Assembly (NCBI GenBank): GCA_043228905.1 | Contig: JBHGNT010000011.1 | Coordinates: 4,712,001-4,776,000 of the forward strand | DNA: 64,000 bases | DNA from: Azolla caroliniana | Taxonomy: Eukaryota > Plantae > Polypodiophyta | Direction of reading: 5' to 3' | Part shown: piece after piece, positions 24,638 to 37,777 of the stretch | How the letters are laid out: each line of letters begins with the position of its first letter | Numbering within the stretch: position 1 is the first letter of the stretch | Notes under the pieces: generated by a model | The model's input: only the letters and a program-made list of their open reading frames with translations | The model's database searches: none | Told to the model about the DNA's origin: nothing | Program-made: the position numbers and the translations under genes

Positions 24638-26445
24638 GTGGAATCGGTCGAGATGTACAAGATCATTGCGAAAATGGGGCCGGATGCGCTCCGCAAAGAA
24701 GAAGCAATGGTAAGTACGAAATACAAGACCGTGGAGAAGAAAGTGAAACCGGTCGCGGGACCGTTACCCGCCGGTAGTGAGCAAAAGAGGAAAGAAGTTT
24801 TAGGAGATCCAACACTTCGGAAGTCCGTGGATATCAGACACGACTTCACGGATGAGACTCGGAAGAAACTTCGGATCGGTGGAGGTGGTTTCCTTTTACA
24901 AAATGAAGAAGAACGATTCCGTGGGATGTTGGAACAACATGAAAGCATTTGCATTCACATCGAAGGAGATAGGGTGCGTTGATCCAAAGATAGTGGAGTT
25001 GATGGTGATTTTCATGATTGACCATGTGCCGTGGAACCTGAAGCCGATTCCGGTGCCGCAGGCGCATATTCCCAAAATCATCGACTTGCTCAAGGAGAAG
25101 GTGGCAATGGGGACTCTATAGCCATCAAACGCTCCGTACTCAAATCGATGGTTTATGGTTCCGAAGAAGAATGGGTCACTCCGATTTATCCAAGATTTGC
25201 AACCGGTGAACAAGGTCACGATCCAGAACTTTGGAGTCGGTTCGATAGTGGACAAATTTGCGGAAGCATTTGCCGGTCGTGCAATATACTCCATTGGAGA
25301 CCTATACTTGGGGTATGACCAATTCCAACTAGCCGTGGAGAGCCGAGACATCACTACCATGCGAACACCGATAGGATTAGTCCAAATGTACACACTACCA
25401 CAAGGAGCAACAAACTCGGTGGCACATATGATGAACACGATGGACAAGGTGCTTCGAGATTGCATTCCGGAGATAACGATGTCGTTCCTAGATGACATTC
25501 CGATGGAAGGATGTGCGGTAGAAGAAAAAGATGAAACTATTGATGATCGGGGATGCCAAAAGTTCGTAGTCGACCATATTCATGATTGCGAGAAAGTGCT
25601 TCAAAAGTTAGAAGATGTGCACCTAACACTTTCCGGGGAGAAATCGGCATTTGGGCAAGAAGAGACATTGGTAGTCGGACATCTATGTGGGCCCTACGGC
25701 CGAAGACCGTCACCAACCAAGATCGATGCAATTCAAGCTATGAAAGAAGTATGTGAGTCACAATCCGAAGTCTAAAGGTTTCTTGGAGCTTGTGCATTTT
25801 ATCACATATGGATTCCGCACTATGCACATATTCTGGACCCACTCTATCACTTATTGCGGAAGGGGAAGAACTTCGAATGGAAACCAGAACACACCAAAGC
25901 CATGAAGAAGCTCAAGAAAACACTACGGAGGGCTGAAGCACTTAAGAAGCCGAGCTATGAGTGACCGATCATAGTAACGGTTGATACAAGTCCAACCGGG
26001 ATCGGATGGGTCATCAATCAAGCCGACTCGGATTGGGAGTCAAAAGGTTCTCAACAAAAGGCAACACGGATATGCACAAGTCAAAAGAGAATTATGGGGA
26101 GGTGTGTTGGCAATCAAATTGGATCGAGATTATTTGATTGGAGCCGACGTAGTGATCAAAACGGATTGTCTTCCGATACTTGGGATGATGTGGTGTTGCA
26201 TGATGTGGATTGCATATGTTAAGTCGCTTAACTCAGACGTATGACACATCTCTGAAAAAGACAACGCGGTAGCAGATATGCTATCAAGGGCTCGGTTCGG
26301 AGACAACATAGCCGAATCTGATAATGAAGATGTTTCTGAAGACTAGTTTGCTTCGGAGCACATACGCCGAGTAAACGTAATCCGAGAATTCCGAGAAGAA
26401 GAATACGAGGGAGAAAGCTTGATGATCGGGAAGGTGCTACAAGAG
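24638..26445 (+). pseudogene. gypsy RT and RNase H (continuation of the 8382 element)
   Basis: WFMVPKKNGSLRFIQDLQPVNK, DLYLGYDQF, LPQGATNS, FLDDI; RNase H TVDTSPTGIGW, KRELWG, TDC. Confidence 0.9.
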
Positions 26446-26446
26446 A

Positions 26447-27546
26447 TCATCATACCACAAAGCTGATGTTCGCCATAGCCAGCATACCTCACCCTCTACC
26501 CACGAGTCTCACCCACCTACTATGCCGATCCCTATTTCTGCCACCTTGCAGAGATGGCTCGTCGAAAAGCATCTGGATGGATACATCAAAGTCGTCTAGG
26601 CACCCGCTGTCGTGATGTTTTCAACACATAGTGTGAAACCACCACCAAAAAAGAATAAAGTAGTAGTTGAAATAAACTAATATTATGAAGTTAACTTTTG
26701 CAATAAATGATGAAAAGATAAGAAGGTAGAAGAGAATTTTCAAAAGTAGAAAAAAATAGAAAAAGTAAAATAATAATAATAATAATAACGCAAAAAAAAA
26801 AAACGCAAGGCGTGGAATTGAGGAGCAAGGTAGAGAAAAAAAACTCATAATTTCCTCATCTGGTGTCCAAATTAGACACGAAAACATTCATACGAAAGCT
26901 AACTCAAAGGGCTTTCCAAAAATAGCTTGCATGTCTAATTTGGACTTACAAAAATAATATAGTGATAGAAATAAAACGCAACTCATATAGAAAAGCTCTT
27001 TTTTAGGAGAAAAATAAATAAGAGCTTATTTTAAGAAGAAGGTAGATGGGGATTGAATAAGAAAAGATTTATATTTCCTCTCTCATAGTCTTATACCCCA
27101 AAAGGGGAGATAGAAAAAAAAAATCAAGTATCAAAACAAGTCCATTATATTGATGATTTAGTAATAAAAACTTTCTATATTTCTTCTCTTATGCTCTGTT
27201 ATTTTAAACATTGCTTATGTATAAAGATAATTAAGTGTCATTCATATTCCCGTAATCTAAGCTTTTCTTACTTATTAGCATTATTAAGTATTGTTCAATC
27301 TCACATAATCTCCTACTTGAAGATTTGGTTATGCATAAATGTAATTAACTATTATTCGATCTCATATACTACCAATTTACTCTTATTAGAGGGAAATCGC
27401 TCGTCTTTAAGCCTAAAATACATTAAGTGTTAAGCCCTAAATCCTTCCCGTCCAGAACCCCGGCGGTTCTGCCTCACGATCCGCGCTTATTGACGGATTT
27501 TCACGACATTGCTCACCCTAAAGCCCTAGACATTGTAAGAAACTCA
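26447..27546 (+). pseudogene. Fragment of the extra ORF of the dual-PBS gypsy family, split by a solo LTR
   Basis: LQRWLVEKHLDGYIKVV.AP / HPKALDIVR matches LCRWLVEKRLDGYIRVIEAPPHPDAMNIVR in ORF 32347-32784. Confidence 0.75.
26608..27508. mobile_element. Solo LTR
   Basis: 8-bp inverted termini TGTCGTGA...TCACGACA; interrupts a recognisable ORF; flanks CCGC/TTGC may be a decayed 4-bp TSD. Confidence 0.75.
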
Positions 27547-28025
27547 TGCCATGACGACACTCACATTTTGTCTAGAAAGGAATTGAACCCACAACCTTGT
27601 TATACGCATGTCAAATCCTTAACCATTGTAGTAACAAGTTTATGCGTATTTTTTTTAGAATATATAATCTAATATCATAAGGATATTCTGAATTACTTTA
27701 TATTCTAGAATTTCCTAGAGTATTCTAGAGTGTTCTATATGCTAGAACCTTCTAGAATACGCTATAAACCTTCTAGATTACTAGATTACCCCATAATATT
27801 CTAGAGTGTTCTAGATTACTCTATAGAGAGTTATAAATAAGGAGCTATCAGCCATCCAAAAACCAAATTGGTTCAATGCCATCCTATAGCTACCTATTGC
27901 GTACTCTGTGTACTCCATCTTATATTGCAATACAATACTTTCTTTTCAATTCTCTCTTTCTACCTCATCAATATATCTCTTTCCCTTTTCTCTCTCTTTC
28001 TTCTCTTTTTCTCTTTGTCTTGACA
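27547..28025 (+). repeat. 5' LTR of a Tcn1-like chromovirus
   Basis: TGCCATGAC...GTCTTGACA termini, TCTAGA-rich block, TATAAATA, followed by gag; no tRNA PBS seen. Confidence 0.7.
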
Positions 28026-28107
28026 GTTTGAACCAATTTTTTTTCATTTTCTCCCTCTTCCACGTTCTCTTATTTCTTCTCCTCTCCCCTCGTTCGTCAT
28101 GTAGTCC

Positions 28108-28878
28108 ATGAGCAAACAAGAATATATCCGTGTTCTCTCCGAGCTCGACATGCTCACGAATAAATTTGTCGCATTAGAGCATGAAAATCAAAGACTATTG
28201 GGTGACCTACAACAAGTGAGTACTGAAAGAGCTCAACAAGTTGCAGAAATATCACAACGGGTTCACCAACTCGAGGACACTATATTGTCATTACGGGAAC
28301 AAGCGTCAGGGGCTCAAAACTCCCCTTGAGAACCAAAGATTAGTCTCCTTGCCAAATTTGATGGTACAAGGTCTTTATTTCGAGGTTTTTTTAATCAAGT
28401 CCGTTTGGTTATTCAGTTACATCCCAATCGGTACCCAACTGACACGGCTCGTGTGGGATTAGTGGGAACTTTGTTATGTGGTATAGCATTAGCATGGTTT
28501 GCACCACTTCTTGAGAAGAAATCACCATTGCTAGACGATTTTGAAGCATTTGTTAAGGAGTTTCAGGCTAGTTTTGGAGACACGACAGCACTAGGACGGT
28601 GATAAACAAGATTCAAAGACTCCGACAAGGAGATCGTCCCGCGTCGGCATATGCAGCTGATTTTTGTCTTTTCGCATGCGATATCCCTTAGGATGAGGCG
28701 GCTTTAATGGATCAATTCCGTCAAGGTTTGGGTAGTGACGTCAAAGATCTTTTACTTAGTTTCCATGAAGATCCGAACTCTCTAACAGAGGCCATTAGTC
28801 GAGTTGTGCGATGTGATAATCGTCTTTTTTAGCGACATTCTGAGCGCCAACAAATGTTACGCCGGCAACCAAAACAAA
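28108..28878 (+). pseudogene. Tcn1/PEG10-like gypsy gag, 3'-truncated
   Basis: EPKISLLAKFDG..FRGFLNQV..YPTD..RVG..ALAWF..RLRQG..FRQGL; fused to copia RT. Confidence 0.85.
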
Positions 28879-29291
28879 CAGGAGATTTCCTCATCCTCCT
28901 GTTGTACGTGGATGACATGCTGATTGTCGGACGCGACCATACGAAGATCCTAGTGCTGAAGAAGGTTTTGAGAAGATCGTTCTCGATGAAGGATATTGGT
29001 CCAGCAAAGCAAATCCTGGGGATGCACATTGTTCGAGATTGAACAAAGAAATTGTTGTGGCTGTCACAAGAAAAATACGTGACAAAGGTGCTCTAGAGAT
29101 TCGGCATGGAAAGCGCAAAACCGGTCGGCTCGACACTGTCGAAGAACTGTAAACTAAGCAAAGAACAATGTCTGAAATCGAAAACCGAGAATGCCGAGAT
29201 GTCAAAAGTTCCTTCTGCCTCGGTAGTTGGAAGCCTGATGTACGCAATGATATGTACCAGGACAGACATAGGATACTCAGTCGCCGTGGTT
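28879..29291 (+). pseudogene. Ty1/copia RT fragment (first copy of duplicated chimera)
   Basis: LLLYVDDMLIVG, FSMKDIGPAKQILGM, VGSLMYAM. Confidence 0.9.
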
Positions 29292-29854
29292 CAACAAGTG
29301 AGTACTGAAAGAGCTCAACAAGTTGAAGAAATATCACAAGCGATATCCCTTGGGATGAGGCGGCTTTTGTTGCCGTTTAGGAACACGGTCCGTGGTCAGT
29401 CCTTCGACCTGGACCTCAAGGTGGGTGTGGAACAACGAACAGGGGTTTAAGCGTAATGCGTAAGGGGAGAACCCCTGTAACCTATTTGCGTATAAAGGAA
29501 GACGGCTACAACCGAATCCCTATCAAGGGTTACACTTACGTACTACAACGCTTAAGTATCCAAGACAAAGACACTGAATTATCCGCAACTATACACAGAA
29601 AATCAGAGAAGATAGAATTCTATTATCAGGCGTTTCTTTACATTCCCAAAATTACACGCACCTCCATAAGAAGTTTTCTGCCCTTTATATATGCAGGGTC
29701 TAATTAGCCGTTCACGCTTCCTACATGAACCGTTACATGCGTTATGCTCTTATATAATTTCTTATTCCTACGCTTTTGTCCGTCGGTTACTATTCCGGCG
29801 GACAACACTTGGCACGCTTGTGGGACAATGCCTTTGCACGTCGGACCCATCCCG

Positions 29855-32784
29855 TTAATCTTCTTCCAAAACTACCCGGATGTTCGACTCTGTTGTTGTG
29901 TCCTCGTCCGGAGGTGATGTAGGGCCCGTAGGTGCATTGTGGTGCGGCTCCTCTGCTTGGTCGGCCTGGTTTCTCCCGGAGTCACCGTCGCCGTGTGCGG
30001 GTGGTCCGGGTACGGTGGGCTCTTCTTGAGCTAGTGGGTTGGGCTCCGCCGTTGTCGTGCTTGCAGTCGGCTGCAGCTCAGCCTCCATTGTTCCGTCCTC
30101 CGCGGTATTGGCCTTTTTTGTATGTTCCTGGGAGTGGGGCGGAGATTCCGCCTGGTCCGCACCATTTTCCACGTGGTTTGATGATGGTGTGGGCTCGTGC
30201 GGCTGGACCTCTTGTTGGGTAATGGTTTCGCTGTCTAGTCCTATGGGGAACTCCGCTCGTTGGTCCCCGCTATTCTCCTCCGTTGTCATCTCTGGTGATC
30301 GGGCCTGAGGTTCCTCTTCTTCGGCTGTGACCGGAATTGGTGTCGCGTTGGGTTCCTCGTTTGTGCGTGTGTTGTCGGCTTGTGTGATCTGTTGAAATAG
30401 CTCCTCCTGACTTTCACCAAAATCATCTAAGAGTTGTGCGAGTTCTTCGGAGTGTTGGTCTGCTAGCGCACGATAGTCTTGCTTTAGGTCCTCCCGTATG
30501 GTCGCAATGCTCTCCTCATTTAGTTTATAAAAACCTCGGCCGTCTAGTCCGCACGATACGTGTGCAATTCCGCTGCTTGGGTTGCCCACGCCATCCATCC
30601 TTTGTCTAGCGTCGTTTTCAATTGCGCTGTGAACCTTTCCCGGTTTGTTTGGAGAAGGATGCGCACATTATCCGTGATGGCCTCGTAGCGGTTGCGTGCG
30701 TCTTCCATTGACTTCTGGAGATTTGTGATCTCCTGTTGTTTAACAGTTGCCGCTTCCTCATACGTGGCCTTCAAGCCCGCCCACAGTTGGGATTCCTTTG
30801 CATGTTGTTCTTCTAATCTCCCCATCTCATTGTTTAGGCGGATTTCGAGCTGATGTCTTCTGTCTTGTTCGATCACCAACTACTCATCGAACCATACCTT
30901 CTTTTTTTCTAATAAGGTCCGAAGTCCTGCGATTGCCGCCTCCGATCTCTTCATGTCCTCTCGTAATTGTGCGTTGTCGTCCTTTGTCCGGATGTGCTGA
31001 GCTACCTCCGTAGCTAGTTTCTCTTCAAGATTTTTTACGGCCTTCCGTCCGTTAGCCCTTATCTCCTTTTCTCTGTCGGAGGATCGGCGTAGTTCTGCTA
31101 GAAGATGGTCAATTTCGGATTCCGCTAGCTGCACGACCCTTTTTGCTTTTGAGGCGATGGCGGTCTGAGCCTCGATTTCTTCTTTTAGAGCCTCGATGAC
31201 GTGGTTCGGTGGCGGGGTTGCGTGTTGTGCCGTAGTCACGTGAGCTTCCAACTCTGCGATGCGTGCGTTGGCTTTTTGTAGTTTGGCTTCAGTCAGTTTA
31301 ACCTTCTTCCAGACATTCTTATTTTTTATGGCCATCTCCTTGGCGCCCGTGCTGACCTTTGCCAGTTCCCAATGGACTTCGCCTAGGGCCGGGTTTAAGG
31401 GTGGTATCTCCATCCCTACTCGCCATACCCCGGCGTTCCTCTGTCTACCGACCCTGGCTAGCCGGTCCTCATCGTCGCTCTTTGTTGTTTGTGTTAGGGC
31501 GCGCTCGATCATCTGACGTTCCGCATGCTCCTCTGCCATTCGTTGGGCGGCTTTGACCTATTGTGTTGCCAAGAACTCCATGAGCTCAAAAGAAGTACCG
31601 AACTGCAAGAGGGCGTTGAATTCGTGGGTTGTATCCGGGATATCCGGATATGCCAAAACTCGCTTTCCGCCGTCAATACGACTTTCCCTCGTTGGGACTG
31701 AGTCGTAATAATCAGTCGTGGCTCCTGGATGATTTTGAAGGTGGTATTTGGTTCTGCTGTTGCGGAGCCTTCGCCTTCGGTCAGTGCTTCCAGTGCCGTG
31801 GGGGCGTTTTTTACCAACCCCCGCCCATCTTTCCTATCCAATCTGCGCCGTTTTGGTCTGGGGCTTTCCCGCCGTGTTTCGGTGTCTGGTTCTGGGGCTG
31901 CTTCCATGGAGTGTCTCAGCTGTTCCTCCTGCGTTGCCCGTGTGTCGGGCTGGTTGGTAGGAGGTGTTGTCCTTGGGTCTAGCTAGGCCGATTGGGGTTC
32001 CTCATCCCACTCTGGGGCCGATAACTCCGCTAACCTGCTTTTCGCGGATCGGGGCGGGGCCATGGGTTGGCTGGGCTGCGGTGTTGGCAAGCCTGGGGGT
32101 GGAAATAGTACCGTAAGGTATTGTTGGATGATTGGCCTGAGCTTTTTGCCTACTTGGTACGCATGCAAGCCTTCCCTTAACGTTGGCCCTGTGATGACCC
32201 CCCAGTCGATTGCACGCCCTTCAAAGGTGTCGATAATGATGCTCGCCTTCTGCTTAGGCATCCCATATGTGTTGACATGGACGCAACCGACTTCCAATAG
32301 GAACTTGGCAACTTCACGGAAGAAGGGATCTGGAATCTGTTTTGTTCTATAGGCCTTGGCGGAGGCTGAATATGGTCCAAAATACCTCTGCAGGAGGTAT
32401 TTCGAAATGTCTTTCGCCTAGTGAGGATAGGTCCAACTTCTTCCGAAAGGAAGAGTTGGTGACCGTGTTGATGTTAAGCTTCCTGACGATGTTCATGGCG
32501 TCCGGGTGCGGAGGTGCTTCTATGACCCGGATGTAGCCATCCAGGCGTTTCTCTACGAGCCATCGGCATAGAGCAGTAGAGATGAAGATCGGCATCACCA
32601 GAGTAGGTTCGTGGGGAGGAGACGGGAGGTTGTGGTGGGTTGGAGCTCTGAGATAGGATGGGGAAGAAGGTGAGGAGGACGAGCGATGGGAGCGTTGATA
32701 GCTAGAAGATGGGTTTCTGCTTTGTACAGAAAATCTTCTATTTCCTTCTTTTTGTGGCTTAGGGTTCATTGGGCGGTGAGCCAT
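29855..32784 (-). pseudogene. Extra ORF downstream of integrase (globular N-terminal domain, long coiled coil, acidic tail)
   Basis: Chain of same-strand ORFs 32784 to 29855; homologous to 58130-55937 (FFREVAKFLLEVG, GW..W..QAAEL...RAD). Confidence 0.75.
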
Positions 32785-32941
32785 CGTGGTGCCGCGTGTT
32801 CTTGAACTAGGAGTTTGTGCATGCCTTTAGTCGTTTTAATAGTCGCTATCTTCTCTTTCTTTTTTTTCTTTTTTTCTTTTTTTTTCGTAACGGTTATTTA
32901 CAACCTATTTTTACATTATAGTACAAATGGGACTGTCCATT

Positions 32942-35620
32942 TTACGCTGCAGGTTCTCCAGCTTTGTCCCGTTCGGCGGTGAATGGGTTAGGTGGTGTAG
33001 GGCCCAGGTAAGGTTTGAGCCAAAACCCATTCACTTTTTGCCGTACTATTTCTCCAGCCAGTGTTCCTAGTTGGAACGTGCCCTGTTCCACTCCAATTAT
33101 CCAGTATGGGCCGGTCCAGCAGAAACGTAACTTCCCCAGCATATGGCCCATGCGCGTTTGAAAAACTAGCACCGCTCGGCCCACGGCGAACTCCTTTTCC
33201 CTTGCGCTCCGATGTCGATCTACAAATGCTTTACGCCGTCGTTGTTCCTGTTCCAACACAGCCATGCTGTGGACGCGTTTTTCCCCTAGTTCGAGGAGTT
33301 GGTAGAGTCGTTCCTCCTCCAACTTGGCTTCTGATAATCGGTTCTGTACCTGAATGCGCAAACTAGGTACCCGAAATTCGACCAGCATCACAGCCTCTAG
33401 TCCAAACGCTAGTCGAAACGGTCTTGATTGTATGTTTGTTTTGTAACTAGTTCTGTACGCCCATAATGCACTCTAGAGTTTGGTATCCCAGTCCGTTCTA
33501 TTTTCATTGACGGTTTTCTTCAAAATGTTCTGTAATGTTTTGTTCGTGGATTCTGCTAATCCATTCACCTGCGGGTAATATGGCGTGCTCTTCTTGTGGA
33601 CTACCGTGTAATGTTGTGTTAGTTCCCGAACCACCATATTGAGGAAGTGGCTCCCCTGGTCACTAATGAGCTCAATCGGACAGCCGAACCGGCACTAGAT
33701 GTGCTCGTAAAGAAATTTGGCTGTGATGACCGCCGTATTTTCATGTAGCGCCTTTGCTTCTACCCATTTGGTGCAGTAATCCGTGGCTACCAATATGTAT
33801 TTATTGCCCGTACGGTCCGCTACCGGTGTGAAGGGCCCTACAAAATCCAATCCCCACTTTTGGAAAGGGTCTAGCGGTACTACGGGCTGGTGTGGCATCC
33901 TTGCGTCCTCCGCGGGCTGATCGTATTTGTCCCAAAAATCGGCTAAGCGATTTGGTGTTTGTCGGAGTTTTAGCTTGCGTAATCGCGGAGATCTTGTTTG
34001 GGTCGACCGCTATTCCCTCTTTGCTGACTATGTGGCCTAGGAGAGTCTCGCTGGTCACGCCGAAGGCACATTTCGCGTGATTCAGGCTTAAGCGTGCGGT
34101 GCGGCAACGTTCCAGGCACAGACGTAAGTGCGTAAAATGGTCTTTTGTTTGCCCATATACCGCAAAATCCTCTAGAAAGACTTGCATGAACGCCGGAATG
34201 TATTCCCCAAAGATCTTCAGAATCGTTCGTTGAAATGTTGCCGGCGTTGTCTTTAGCCCGAACATCATGACGATCGCCAGATATACTCCCCAGTCCGTGA
34301 CAAACGTCGTCTTCTCCTGGTCCTCGGGGTGCATGCGTATTTGGTTATAGCCACTGAAGCCATCTAAGAAGTTGTACATCTCATGGCCTGCGACGGCGTC
34401 CAGCACACTATCGGTGAAGGGTAAGGGAAATGCGTCCGTAATGGTTACGGCGTTTAATTTTCGGTAATCTACGCATACCCGTATTTTGCTGTTTTTCTTT
34501 GGGACGACCACTATCGGGCTTAGCCATGTTTCTTGTTTAACTGGTCATATGAACCCCACCCTTAGGAGCTTGTCAATTTCTTCTTTCACGCGGGTCGCAT
34601 AATTGGGGTTCATGCGGTAGCGGCGCTGTTGGACGGGTTTCGTGTCAGTTGCTAAATTGATCTTATGCTGATAGAACTTGGGATCTAACCCCTTCATGTC
34701 CTCGTGAGCCCAAGCGAACACATCTTTATATTCCGTGAGTAGTGCGATCATTGTGATTCTCTGGTCTGGCCTTAATTCCTTTATGATGGACAGGAACCGG
34801 GGCTCCGATTCCGTACCCACATTTACTTCTTCGAGAGCAGAAGTGGTGACTCGTCGTGAAATCTCCATTTCCCTTTTGAATGCCGTCCGTGCTCTGCTGA
34901 GTTCCAATATGTACTCTGGGTTTGGTTCGTACGGCTCGTTGTGCGGAACAGTGGCCGTGGTATATTCTGCCGCAATTGCGATGACATCTATTTCGAATAG
35001 CGGAATAATCCGACGGTGTTCGTCAAGGTACGCCTCCAATTCGGCATCCTCCACCCCAGCCAGCATATTTATGTCCTCCGCGTATAACGGTGTTATACCC
35101 TTAGGTTGTGGCGTGCTGCCTTCCGTAGGTACGCGAACCTTGGTGTGTCCATACCGGAAACTGATACACTCGTGTTGCTAGCTCTGCTTGATATTTGTTG
35201 TCCGAAGCCATGGTCTGCCCAAAAGCACTGGGTACGCTCCTGGGGCGTCCAAAGTGAGGACGACTGCCGATATGTTGAAGCGGTGTCCGCCCACGATGAT
35301 GCCTATTTTGTGAATTAACCCCAACGGTTGCACTGAGCGGGTATCTGCCATGCGGAGCCAGAATGGACACGCCTCCCATTCGGAAATGCCTAACTGTTCG
35401 CAAGTTTTCACGCTAAATACATTGATGCTTGAGCCGTCGTCGATTACGCATCCAGGAACTTCTTGCCCGTGCAATATTACTATAATAGGCGGGTTGTGTT
35501 GATCCACCACCGGTGGTCCATCGCTGATGTCTGTCAGGTTTGTGGCAACGCTTGCCCCGGTTATGCCCGCCACCTATGCTTCCATGGTCTGGCGGAAACG
35601 TGGAACTAGCTGTAGCAGTT
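32942..35620 (-). pseudogene. pol: protease, RT and integrase; RNase H and integrase zinc finger deleted
   Basis: VIDDGSSIN; VPKKNSKIRVCVDYRKLN, LDGFSGYNQI, VFLED. RFLGQI is joined near 33920 to [27 protein letters not shown] motif. Confidence 0.9.
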
Positions 35621-37164
35621 TTTCCATGGTTAACGTGATTTCACAGCCTGCTAGCGCCTACCAAATGGGGTCCGGCCCCGGTCTTTCGTTCTCTGTTCGC
35701 TCCATTGTGTTCGCAGACTCCTGCCGCTACGTTCTGTATTGGTCGCGTTTGCTTTTTCCACCCAGGCTTGGGCTTGTCGTCGTACCTCGTCCTGCGTAGC
35801 CCAATCCGCCGTTTTTGTTTGTTGGCGTGTCGTGACTTGTTGCACCTCCGCCGTAATCGTATTGACGGCGGGCCCCTTTCCCTTGCGTGTTGGGCATTGC
35901 GTGGCATAATGTCCGGGTTGTTGACAAATAAAACAATGGATGCTTGATTCTCCCTTCTCGGCCCCAGGTGGTGTGTGCCGCTCTCCAGGTGCTACTTGCT
36001 CTTCGTGGTTCGGCCTCGTTTGTCGGAATGTACGCGGTGGCTGATGTTGGTCCCGTCGTTGTTCCTAGTGCTGCTCATCCCCCGAGCTTTCGTTGTAACG
36101 CCGGTGATCCCTATATTGCCGAGGCTTACCCCGATATCCATTGAAGCCGCCCTGTTTGTTTGTCGGGCGTTGATGTTCGTAGCACCAACCCCCTTTGGCG
36201 TAACTCGGATGTCCACGATAATCCTCATCCTCTGGGTCGTCCTCCTCGGAATCGTTGTGATTCCGGCGATTCCGGTTGTACTGGTCCTCCCACGGGTTGC
36301 AATCCTTATACCGGGGTCAGTCTTCTTGCCTCCTTTGTTCAGCCCGGTGCGGTTGAAGCTGTGTGTCCATGCTGCGGACTGCGGGAGTGGCTCTGTTTAA
36401 CATATTGTACTCGCATTGGTCGAATGTGTGAACCTTCGAGTGGCAGATTGGGCAGTGGATTCGCATATTGCACTCCACCGCGGAATGACCCGAGTTCAAG
36501 CAAATCGTGCACTAGATTGCTTGACGAAATTGGCGTTCCTCATCCTGAGGTAACGCTTGTCGTAAGGATGACATCAAAAACCTTTCCTCCTCTTCATCCA
36601 ACTCAAGTTGTAACGCTCGTTCAATTACCATATCCTTCGTTTGCCCTTTCACGCTATTGTTGTTGAGCGTTGCCGGATGGGCCGGCGTAAAGCTACCAGA
36701 AATGTCTCCCGAGCCTCCTCCGCGGGGCTTCGTTCCAGTTTCTATCGTAAGTGTTGGAAACGTAAGCTGAAGTCTGCTATCGTCTCGGTCGGTAGTTGCT
36801 TAATTGTATAAAACTGCCTGAGAATCTCGCATTGTGGAACCCTCCGATGGAAGAATCGCAAGAAAGCAGACTGCAGCTGATCGAAGGTTGTTATGGCTGG
36901 TAAGTCCATCTGTGAATGCCAGAACACCGCACGCCCATCTAATGTTAATCCGAACTCCGTCATTTTCGATTGGTGTGCCACCGTCTCAGAGAGATTCTGC
37001 GCCATGTGGTTCGCATTCCAGACATTCAGAAACATGCGAATATGAGTTGCGGCGTCGGTTTTGCCGTTAAAGCGGGGGTAGGCAAAGGCCATAGTGGGAG
37101 CTACAGCGTGGTCCCCGCGTCTCGTCGAGGTATTTGGGGAGCGAAGAATGCCCTTTGCACTCAC
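35620..37164 (-). pseudogene. gag with CCHC knuckles
   Basis: YPRFNGKTDAATHIRMFL, LTLDGRA..W, CPICHSKVHTFDQC. Confidence 0.85.
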
Positions 37165-37777
37165 GGCAGGTAGTACTGAGGTCGCTGATGCGCGGCTTTT
37201 GTCGTGCGCGTTCTTCTGCCTAGCGTGTGACGGACCTTGTTATTGGCCAGTCTTGTCGTGTTGGTTCTCTGGGTCATCTGCGGCTAAACATCCATTCGTT
37301 GTTGCTCGTCTGTGAGGAGACACAGATCACCAAGCGTGACAAAAGGAACACGGTCTGTGGTCAGCCCTTCGACCTGGACCTCAAGGTGGGTGTGGAACAA
37401 CGAACAAGGGTTTCAGCGTAATGCGTAAGGGGAGAACCCTTTTAACCTATCCGCGTATAAGGGAAGACGGCAACAACTGAATCCCTATCAAGGGTTACAC
37501 TTACGTACTACAACGCTTAACTATCCAAGACACCGACACTGAATTAGCCGTAGCTATACACAGAAAATCAGAGAAGATAGAATTCTATTATCAGGCGTTT
37601 CTTTACACTCCCAAAATTACACGCACCTCCATAAGAGGTTTTCTGCCCTTTATATATGCAGGGTCTAACTAGCCGTTCACGCTTCCTGCGTGAACCGTTA
37701 CATGCGTTATGCTCTTATATAATTTCTTATTCCTACGCTTTTGTCCGTCGGTTACTATTCTGGCGGACAACAGCTTT

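Larger units (their letters stand above)
8382..26445 (+). mobile_element. 3'-truncated non-chromovirus Ty3/gypsy element (tRNA-Trp primed, possibly Phygy lineage), split by the Sola-like transposon
   Basis: 5' LTR, PBS, gag, PR, then RT and RNase H after 24637. Integrase and 3' LTR absent. Confidence 0.85.
29368..37772 (-). mobile_element. Non-chromovirus (Tat/Athila-like) Ty3/gypsy element with extra ORF and two inverted tRNA-Arg PBS-like sites
   Basis: LTRs 29368-29807 and 37344-37772 (inner 11 bp missing); TSD GCTTT; gag-PR-RT-INT-extra ORF all on minus; LTR TATA on minus. Confidence 0.92.

Noticed and set aside
26608-27508. 3' LTR of the 8382 element
   Set aside because: Sequence differs from the 8382 LTR beyond TGTCGT, there is no PPT, and it sits inside a fragment of another element.
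29368-37772. Plus-strand element with antisense gag-pol, or an internal inversion
   Set aside because: LTR TATA is on the minus strand with gag-pol, no PPT precedes the right LTR on plus, and the layout recurs in an independent copy.
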